Source: Planctomycetota bacterium (GTDB lineage Bacteria > Planctomycetota > UBA1135 > UBA2386). From it: a stretch of DNA of 64,000 nucleotides. The stretch lies in contig OZ245006.1 of assembly GCA_965223545.1 (NCBI GenBank), positions 4,832,001-4,896,000 on the forward strand, given 5' to 3'. Position 1 is the first letter of the stretch, and each line of letters begins with the position of its first letter. A program made the translations under genes and the position numbers. The notes beneath the pieces were generated by a model. The model saw only the letters and a program-made list of their open reading frames with translations, was not told the origin of the DNA and did no database searches. Shown here piece after piece: positions 38,100 through 46,400 of this stretch.

Positions 38100-38605
38100 C
38101 GCCGACCCTGCCCCGCCCGCGCGCGGCCGCGGGCCCGACTCGCGTCCGTCGCGAGCCCGAGAAGGAAGACCGTGCTCTACCAGGTGCTGGCGGCGCACTT
38201 CGAGACTTTCGTCGCCCGGGTGGAGGCGGACCCCGACCGCGGCGACCTGCCGCGCTTCGTGGTCCGCGAGCTCCGTGCGTTCCTCGACAGCGGCATCCTC
38301 GCGCGTGGCTTCTGCCGCGCGCATTGCGTGGCTTGCGGGAAGGACGACCTGGTCGCGTTCGCGTGCAAGCGCCGCGGATTCTGCCCGTCGTGTGGGGCGC
38401 GGCGCATGGCCGACACCGCAGCGCACCTGGTCGACCACGTGCTGCCGGCTGGCCGGACGGCGTCTTCTCGATCGACTTCCGCGACGACGAGCCAAGCGAC
38501 CGCGCCGAGTTCTGCGACACCGAGCCCCCCACCGACGACGACATCCAGCGCCTGGTGAAGACGCTGCGGGAGCGCGTGCTTCGGCTGCTGCGCAAGCGGG
38601 CTGCG
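38100..38605 (+). pseudogene. IS91-family (rolling-circle) transposase remnant: Zn-binding domain, with frameshift and internal deletion
   Basis: RREPEK / TVLYQVL..HFETF, GILARGF.R.HC..C....LVAF.CKRRGFCPSCGARRM; GAAG duplication at 38161..38168; jumps to PDGVF with the HUH motif missing. Confidence 0.85.
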
Positions 38606-38837
38606 CATACCGGAGTTCAGCCCCGAGCGGCTGGAGAAACTCCTGCCGCTACGTCGCACGCGCTGCCGTCGTCCATGAGCGCCTGTCGCTGTCCGTCATG
38701 GTTGGGCCTGGCTTGTTGTCGAAGACTCGACCAGTCGTGCTCAGCGGGGGTGTCGTCGCCGCAAGGATTCGCGGGATTCCCCGTTCGAGAACTGCGTTCT
38801 CCTTGCAAAAAGGAAGACTGGATGAACAATTACACGA

Positions 38838-40025
38838 ATGATTCGTCGCCAGCTCGAGCAGTCCTTGCGCAGCGCTCTGGCCCGAGCGCCGGTCGCGGCG
38901 CTGCTGGGCCCGCGGCAGGTGGGCAAGACGACGCTGGCGATCGACCTGGCGGCACGCCTGGATGACAACCACGTCTACCTCGATCTCGAGCGGGACTCCG
39001 ACCGCGCCAAGTTGGCGGATGCCGAGCTGTTCCTCGGCGGTCAGCGCGGGCGTCTGGTCGTGCTCGACGAGGTGCAGCGGATGCCGCAGCTGTTCCAACT
39101 GCTGCGCAGCTTGGTCGACGAGCGGCTTCGCGCCGGAGAGCCGAGCGGCCACTTCCTGGTTTTGGGCTCTGCATCCCGTGACTTGCTGCACCAGTCGTCC
39201 GAATCCTTGGCGGGGCGTATCGAGTTCCTCGAGCTCAGGCCACTCGTCTGGTCGGAGGTCGGGGCGCGCGACGCGGACGTCGAAGCGCTCTGGCTGCGGG
39301 GCGGGTTCCCGCGGAGCTACCTAGCGACCGACGACGCTGCGAGCTGGGTCTGGCGCACCCACTTCATCTCGACGTACCTCGAGCGCGACATCCCGCAGCT
39401 GGGGCCGCGGCTGCCCGCCGAACAGATGCGCCGCCTGTGGACGATGCTGGGCCACGGCCAGGGCGATCCGTTGAACGCGGCCAAGCTCGGGGCGGGCCTC
39501 GGCGTCTCCGGCAACACCGTGCGCAACTACCTCGACGTTCTGACGGACTTGTACATGGTGCGGCAGCTCGCGCCCTGGTCGGGCAACAGCCGCAAGCGGC
39601 TGGTCCGTTCGCCCAAGGTCTACGTGCGGGACTCCGGTCTCTTGCACCGGCTGGTCAATGTCCCCGACGTCGACACCTTGCTCGGTCACCCCGTGTGCGG
39701 CGGTTCGTGGGAAGGCTTCGTGGTCGAGAACGTGCTCGCGCTGGTGCCCGACACCTGGACGCCGACCTACTACCGAACCAGCGCGCAGGCGGAGATCGAT
39801 CTAGTGCTCGAGGGACCGGGGGATCGGACCGTCGCCATCGAGATCAAGCGCACGCTGTCGCCGAAAGTGAGCAAGGGCTTCCGTCTCGCGGCGGAAGACG
39901 TCGGCGCCACGGCCCGCTTCTACGTGATGCCGAGCGGGGATCGCTACCCGCTGGAGCGAGGCATCGAAGCGATCGGGTTGGCTGAGCTTTTGGCTTGGGT
40001 CCGGACGGAGCTATGGTGGTCTTGA
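38838..40025 (+). CDS. AAA_14 ATPase with DUF4143 C-terminal domain
   Basis: GPRQVGKTT, LDEVQR, LGSAS, SESLAGRI, RGGFP, YLERDI, SPKVYVRDSG, EIDLV...AIEIK. Confidence 0.95.
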   Translation: MIRRQLEQSLRSALARAPVAALLGPRQVGKTTLAIDLAARLDDNHVYLDLERDSDRAKLADAELFLGGQRGRLVVLDEVQRMPQLFQLLRSLVDERLRAGEPSGHFLVLGSASRDLLHQSSESLAGRIEFLELRPLVWSEVGARDADVEALWLRGGFPRSYLATDDAASWVWRTHFISTYLERDIPQLGPRLPAEQMRRLWTMLGHGQGDPLNAAKLGAGLGVSGNTVRNYLDVLTDLYMVRQLAPWSGNSRKRLVRSPKVYVRDSGLLHRLVNVPDVDTLLGHPVCGGSWEGFVVENVLALVPDTWTPTYYRTSAQAEIDLVLEGPGDRTVAIEIKRTLSPKVSKGFRLAAEDVGATARFYVMPSGDRYPLERGIEAIGLAELLAWVRTELWWS

Positions 40026-40177
40026 TCGTCGCTGGCGGGTGCGCAACATCTCGCGAGCCTGACCCTGGCTCGCGCCAACTCTCTGACGTTCGGAGCGTGA
40101 GAAGCGACATTTGGGTTCGGTGCGCCCTCGTCGCGTGACGAACGGCCGCCGTCATGACCAAATCGAGTGGATGACCA

Positions 40178-40634
40178 ATGATGTGGGATGTCTGCAAGAA
40201 TGCATTTCACTGCGACGGAAGCCTCCGCGACATCTACGTCCAGCAGACCGAGGAGGAAGACTGGGAGGCTTTCGTAGGCTTCGTCAGCGCTCAGGGTTTC
40301 CGTGTCAACTACTCAACGCGATGGCGAACCAGCCGTCCTCCCCGCACGTGTCGCGGACATCCTGGATGATCCCACTTACGGGCACCTTTTGAAGATCGAT
40401 GCCGGCGGCGTCGCGCTGCATTGTCATTTCTTCACTTCCGAAGAGATCGAGCTGGACGTCGATCCCAAGGAGGTCGACTCCCAGGCGCGGTTGGACGCCT
40501 TGGTCGATTTCATTCGTGGTCTGGGGACTGCTCTCTCCAAGAACGTGATCCTCACGGAGGAGAATTCGCCGGAGTACGTTTGGCTTGAGTATCGCTCTGA
40601 CAGTGGTCAGATATCGCTCACGCGAACCGCGTAG
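40178..40634 (+). pseudogene. Conserved-looking hypothetical protein split by a +1 frameshift near 40315
   Basis: DGSLRDIYV...DW (40178..40369 frame) continues as RDGEP...HCHFF..EEIELDVDPKEV (40302..40634 frame); lower GC. Confidence 0.7.
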
Positions 40635-40689
40635 TCCGAACCGAGGGCTGAGTACGCAGCTCTCTTTTCGTCTTCCTTCAGCCCGGCCT

Positions 40690-41290
40690 GCGCGACGCGG
40701 CAATCGCGCGCGCGGGCCTCGTGCAGCGCGCGGCGCAGCGCGGGCACGTCGCCCGCGTGCGCACGCGCAAGAGCGGCGGCGTCGACGCCTACACAGACCT
40801 CGCGCAGCCAACGCACGTCGCGCGCGACGCGCTCCGCCACCACTTCCCCCTCCGCTTCGAGACCCAGCCGCCCGCCCGAGTCGGCACCGACCGCCAACGC
40901 GCAGAGCTCGACCGGGAAGTCAGCGGCGCGAAACTCGCGCTCGTACATCTTGGCGAGCGTGCCCGGACGCAGATCGTCGAAGCGACGCAGCTCCAAGTGC
41001 AGCCGGCACACCGTCAGCGCCCGGCCGATCTCCGGGTGGTGCCGCACCGGGCCCGCGGGGCGGCCGTCGAACTGTGCGGCGAGCTCCGGCAAGACCTCGG
41101 CCAGCACGCCGGCCTCGAACAGCTCGACGAAGAAGCGCCCCGGCGAGCGACACTCCAGCAGCGCCGAGCGGACCTCGGCCGCCAGCGCTTCCGGCGGAAT
41201 CGGGCCGCAGCTGATCCCCGTCGACCGGCAGCTTGCGCACGCGGGGATCCAACGCGAAGTCCCAACTGTGCGCGGGTTGAAACGGTCTCG
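40690..41290 (-). pseudogene. cca: Fragment of a multifunctional CCA-adding enzyme (N-terminus and HD domain missing)
   Basis: PE....EV..AL....P.RFF..L...GVL..VLPEL, P..HHPEI fused directly to LRPGTL, ADSGGRLG, L..AR; frameshift near 41200. Confidence 0.65.
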
Positions 41291-41309
41291 TTTGAGTTTC
41301 CGGACACGA

Positions 41310-41460
41310 CGAGGTCGCCGCGGTCGGGATCCGCCTCGACGCGGGCGAGGAAGGGCCGAGGTGCGCTGCCAGCACCTGGTAGAGCACGGTCTTCTCGGGC
41401 TCGCGCCGGACCCGGGTCGGGCCCGCGGCGAGGTGCGGGCGGGGGAGGGTCGCGGTCGGG
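41310..41460 (-). mobile_element. Second IS91-family transposase N-terminal remnant, inverted relative to the first
   Basis: Reverse complement aligns with 38100..38248 (GGGCCCGAC..G.GTCCG.CGCGAGCCCGAGAAG..ACCGTGCTCTACCAGGTGCTGGC...CCCGACCGCGGCGACCT). Confidence 0.85.
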
Positions 41461-41659
41461 TGCTTCGTCGTCGCGACGGAGGCCAAGATCCGCGTCCGCC
41501 GGCCATAGCTGCCAGATACGCGCATGAAGGGCGCCGCCCCCCAAGCCCGGCCCACGTTGTTGGCGATAACGCCGAGGGTTACGCCGCTCCCCCATGCCCG
41601 CTGCCCGCGCTGTGCCCCGTGCCCACGCCCCCGGTGCCACCGGCGTGACCGGTGGGGAG

Positions 41660-41820
41660 GCGCGGCCGTGACCGGCATCCCGAGGGCCCCGCGGGACGGC
41701 GACCTGCCGCTGTCGTTCGCGCAGAGCCGGCTGTGGCTGCTGGACCAGCTCGGCGAGGACAGCCGGGTCAACAACATCGCATCAACCTGATGCTGCGCGG
41801 CGCGCTCGACGTAGCAGTTC
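41660..41820 (+). pseudogene. NRPS condensation-domain N-terminal fragment
   Basis: IPRAPRDGDLPLSFAQSRLWLLDQL....NNI, then LMLRGALDV in another frame (C1 motif). Confidence 0.8.
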
Positions 41821-41823
41821 CAA

Positions 41824-42018
41824 GTGTTGCACGCGATTGCCTGTGCGCAGGCGTTGGCTGAGGACGCCGACGCCGCTCTGGTCTCGCTGGAGGAAGCGCT
41901 GCGCTATGCGCAGGCCGAGAGCGTCGAGGTACCGGTCGAGGTCCTTACAGAAGATCCCGATTTGCGTAGCCTCTCCGGCCTGCGCGAGTTCCGGCGCCTG
42001 ATCGAGCAGTACCTCTGA
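41824..42018 (+). pseudogene. C-terminal TPR-end fragment of a larger protein
   Basis: IACAQAL......AL..LEEAL......DPDLRSL....EFRRL is a typical terminal TPR motif; no start or RBS. Confidence 0.55.
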
Positions 42019-42024
42019 CCGCCC

Positions 42025-43332
42025 TCAGACGAACGGCTCGTATTCCCCCGGCACCGGCGCCGGGTACCGCCCAAATGCGCCGGGCATCACCGGCGGCTCG
42101 GACTCGAAGGTGAAGTCGTCGATGCCGGGTGCGTAGTCGCGGCCCTTGGCGAGCAGCTCGTCGGCGCGGATCACCTTGCCCGAGTAGCAGGCCTCTCGGC
42201 CGAGGATCGAGGTGAACGTGCTGCGTGCGCCGTAGTCGCACTCGTTGTAGATCTCGCCGCGCATCAGGGCCTCGATCAGGTCGTGCTGCTCCTGCTGGTG
42301 GCCGCCGCCCTTGCCGCGCATCTTGACCGGCTCACGGCCGAACACCTCGATCGAGTGGCCGACGTTGGCGGTGCCCTTGCTGCCGTGCGCGAACTCGGCG
42401 ACCTGGTTGAACGCGCGGCCGAGGTGGCGGCCCTGGCTGTACATCTTGGTGCCGTCTTCGAAGGTGAACTCGACGAAGGTGTGGTCGAAGATCTGCGACT
42501 TGGTGCGGTCGCCGTCCATGCGGCGCTCGCCGCCGCCCATGCCGTTGGCTTCGATCGGGTACATGCCCTTGACCCAGCAGCCGACGTCGATGTTGTGGAT
42601 GTGCTGCTCGCAGATCTGGTCCCCCGATGCCCAGATGAAGTGGTACCAGTTGTTGACCTGATACTCCATCTCGGTCTGGTCGGCGGTGCGCGGGCGGTGC
42701 CAGATGCCGCCGCCGTTCCAATAGACGCGCAGCAGGTTGATGTCGCCGATGACGCCGTCCTGCAGCTGCTTGACGCACTCGATGTACTTCTCCTCGTGCC
42801 GCCGTTGCAGGCCGATGCCGACCATCAGTGCCTTCTTCTTCGCCATTTCGTTGGCGGTGAGCACGCGGCGCACGCCGGCGACGTCGGCGGCGACCGGCTT
42901 CTCCATGAACACGTGCCGGCCCTTGGCGACGGCGTACTCGTACTGCTGCGGCTTGAAACCGGGTGGGGTGGCGATCACCACCAGGTCGACGTCCTGATCG
43001 ATCGCCGCCTTGTAGCCGTCGAGGCCGCCGAAGATGCGTTCCGCGGGCACGTCGACCTTTTCGCCGTGCTGCTCGCGGAGGGCGCGGAGGCGGCCCTCGG
43101 TCTGGGCGGGGAATGCATCGGCGACGGCGACCATGCGGGTGTTGCCCTTCGTGCTCATGATCTGGGCAGCGGCGCCGGAGCCCCGGCCGCCGCAGCCGAC
43201 CACCGCGAAGCGGATCTCGTCGTTGCCGCGGTGCACGCCGAGGCCGCCGGCCAGCAATGGCGTGGTGAGGCCGGCGCCGGTGGCGAAGGTGCTGGACTGG
43301 CGGAGGAACGTGCGGCGGGTGGTGTCGGACAT
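42025..43332 (-). CDS. Tat-exported Gfo/Idh/MocA oxidoreductase
   Basis: TRRTFL Tat motif; VGCGGRG.GAA, IATPPGF, HVFMEKPVA, G.QRRH, EQHIHNID. Confidence 0.95.
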   Translation of the reverse strand: MSDTTRRTFLRQSSTFATGAGLTTPLLAGGLGVHRGNDEIRFAVVGCGGRGSGAAAQIMSTKGNTRMVAVADAFPAQTEGRLRALREQHGEKVDVPAERIFGGLDGYKAAIDQDVDLVVIATPPGFKPQQYEYAVAKGRHVFMEKPVAADVAGVRRVLTANEMAKKKALMVGIGLQRRHEEKYIECVKQLQDGVIGDINLLRVYWNGGGIWHRPRTADQTEMEYQVNNWYHFIWASGDQICEQHIHNIDVGCWVKGMYPIEANGMGGGERRMDGDRTKSQIFDHTFVEFTFEDGTKMYSQGRHLGRAFNQVAEFAHGSKGTANVGHSIEVFGREPVKMRGKGGGHQQEQHDLIEALMRGEIYNECDYGARSTFTSILGREACYSGKVIRADELLAKGRDYAPGIDDFTFESEPPVMPGAFGRYPAPVPGEYEPFV

Positions 43333-43421
43333 GGCGAGCAGAGGATCGTTGTGAGAGGCGGACTTGGCGACACGCTACCCGCGGCGCGGCCCGCCCGTCG
43401 CGCAACCGGCCGCAAAAACGC

Positions 43422-46400
43422 TCAGTCCGGCAACACGACCCGCTCGCCGTCGAGCCGGGCGCGACCCTCGGCGACCAGTAGGTCGATCGCCGTCGACACG
43501 CTCTCTTCGATCTGGCGGCCGACCCGTTTGGCGCCGAAGCGGCGGGCGGTGTCGCGCACCAGATCTTCGCGGCCAAGGCTGATGCCGAGCGCGAGCACTT
43601 CGGCGGCGGCGTGCGCGATCTCGGCCGGGTGGATGTCATCGATGTCGCGTTCGCCGCGACCCTCGTCGCCCGGGACGCGGTAGCCGGCGATGCGGCGGTG
43701 GCTGCCCGCGCTCCACAGGAACGCGCGGCCGTCGGCCAGCAGCTCCTTGTCGGCGCCGGCGCCGTCGACCAGCGCCTGCAGCCGCGCGCGCGCCTTCGCG
43801 GTCACTCGCTGCACGTCAAACGCGCCGGCGAGGCGCCGCAGCACGACTTCGAGGGCGACCGGCGACTCGCTGGCGACCAGTGTGGCCACCGCTTCGCGCG
43901 CGGCCGCCTCGTGCGTCTCGTCGTACAGCCCTTCGTCGTCGGCGATCGCCGGCAGCTCGACCTCGTCGTAGAGCGCCGGCGTGGCGCGCGCCGGAGCGCT
44001 GCCCTCGTCGATGGCTGGCGGTGGGGCCTCGGGCTCGGCCTCCTTTGGCTGCGGCGCGGGCGCGTCCGGCTGCTGCGCGGGCTCCGCCGCCGCCCGACGC
44101 GCCAGCGCGTCCTCGACCGCCCCGAGCAGGCGGCGCACCTCGGCGTCGCGATCGAACAACCAGTCGGTGGACCAGATGCGGTGCAGACTCCATCCCAGCG
44201 ACTCGAGCACGGATTGGCGGATGCGGTCGCGGTCGCGGGCCGAGGCGGTCGAGTGATAGGTCGCGCCGTCGCACTCGATGCCGAGCACGTAGTGGCCCGG
44301 CGCGTCGGGCGCGGTCACCGCCAGGTCGATGCGGTAGCCGGAGCAGCCGACTTGGTTGTGCACCGTGTGGCCGTGCTCTTCGAGCACCTCGTGCACGTCG
44401 CGTTCGAACGGCGAGTCCCAGTCGGCACCCGCGTGCGCGGCGCTGGACGTGCCGAGCGCCTCGGGACCGAGCCGCGCGTACTCGAGGAAGGCCTTGAGAT
44501 GGCGCACGCCGACCGCGGTGCTGCTGACCCGCGTCAGGTCGATCTGCTCGGGCTGCAGCGTGGAGAACACCAGCACCTGTTGCTTGGCGCGGGTGATGGC
44601 GACGTTGAGTCGCCGCTCGCCGCCCGGCTGGTTGAGCGGGCCGAAGTTCATGTAGACCCGGCCGCGCGCGTCGGGGCCGTAGCAGACCGAGAACAGGATC
44701 ACGTCGCGCTCGTCGCCCTGCACGTTCTCCAGGTTCTTGACGAACAGCGGCTCGTCGACTTCCTGTGCCAGGTGCGTGTCCAGCGCGGCATCCTCGCCGC
44801 GCGCCTCGTCGAGCAGGTCTTCGATCAGGGTCTGCTGCGGCCGGCTGAAGGTCACCACGCCGATCGAGCGTTGGTCGCCGGCGGCGATGCGGCTGCGGAT
44901 CTCGGTGAGGACGGCCTCGGCCTCGGCCCGGTTGGTGCGCGTCTTCGAGCGATCGTACACGCCGTCGATCGGGCGCCAGCGCACGCCCATCCGCGCGTCG
45001 CGGTCGGCGGGCGAGGGGAAGGTGAACAGCCGGTTGCCGTAGTAGTGGTAGTTGCTGAAGGCGATCAGGCTCTCGTGCCGGCTGCGGTAGTGCCAGCGCA
45101 GGTCGCGCGTCGGCAGCTGCGCCGCGATGCACTCGTCGAGGATGCTCTCGAGCTCCTCGACCATCTCCTCGTCGATCTCGACGTCCTCGTCCTGTTCGGC
45201 GCGGTGGAAGAAAGTGGTCGGCGGCAGCTGTTTGGAGTCGCCGACGACCACCAGGCGGGCGCCGCGTCCGATCGCGCCGATCGCGTCCCACACCGGAATC
45301 TGCGAGGCCTCGTCGAAGACGACCAGGTCGAACGGTGGAATGTCGGACGACAGGTACTGGGCGACCGACAGCGGGCTCATCAAGAAGCACGGCTTCAGCC
45401 GCGGCAGCAGGTGTGGCAGGCTGCGCAGCAGCACGCGGATCGGCCAGTGGCCGCGCTGCTTCTTGAGCTGGCGCTGGAGCACGCCGACCTCCGAGCCCGC
45501 GCTGGCGGTGCCGCCCGCGGTGCGCGGCATCCGCGCGGCGAGCCGAGCGCTTACCATCTGCTGCGCCAGCGTCGTCAGCGCGGCGTCGAGGTCGCGGAAC
45601 TGCTCGATCGCGTGCGCGTGCAAGTGGCCCTGGAACCGCCGCAGCTCCGGCTCGGCGTCGAGCAGCGCGCCGACCCACCAGTCCCAAAAGCTCGCGGCGT
45701 AGCGAGCGGCGACGTCGGCGGGCGCGCAACTGCCTGTCGCCAGTGCGTCCACCAACGGTTGCAGGTCGAGGGCGGCGGCGGCGTCGCGGGCGCGCACGTA
45801 AGCGGTCCAGGGGCGCAGGGCGCCGCGCTGCTCGAGCCAGCGGCCGGCAATGGCCGCGGCCCGGCCGGCGTAGCCGGTTTGCTCCGGCGCGCCGAACGCC
45901 GCGTCGTCCAGCGCCAGCAGGGTCGTGGCCTCGCTGCGGCATTCGTCGAAGGCCTCGAGGGTCGTGCGGCAGGTGCGCGTCGCGCGCTGCAGGTCGGGCA
46001 GCGCCGCCTGGCGGTCGGCACCGGCGACCGCCAGCCGCAGGCTAGTCGCCGGTGGCACACCGGTGTTCTGTTGCAGGATGGCGGCGGCCGCGGCGGTCCG
46101 CTGTGCCCATGCCAGCTCGGTGCTGAACGCGGGCCAATCGGGCGTCGCCTCGGCCGCGCGCTCGCCGAACGCGCGTTGCAGCATCGAGTGCGCTGCCTCG
46201 CACGCGCGCTCGTCGTCGCGCCAGGTGCGCGCCTGCTGCAGCTGCTGCGCGAGTTCGCCGCGGTGGGGAAGCTGTGGCGCGCGCAGGACGCCGCGCAGCG
46301 CCTTGACCACCGGTCGCCGGCGCCACCACGACAACGGAAACCAAGCGCTGTCGGCGCGCGCCAACCGCGCGGCCAGCGCCTCGAGATCGAGATCGAGCAG

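Noticed and set aside
38761..38806. GCAAGGA...TCCTTGC stem with inner hairpins upstream of the AAA ATPase
   Set aside because: Short stems in GC-rich DNA; no recognisable riboswitch or RNA family.
40132..40145. CGCGTGACGAACGG match to the IS110-flanking repeat arm
   Set aside because: Only 14 nt and no flanking similarity; may be chance or a tiny relic.
41660..41820. NRPS biosynthetic gene cluster
   Set aside because: Only ~50 codons of a condensation domain with a frameshift/stop; no A or T domains nearby.
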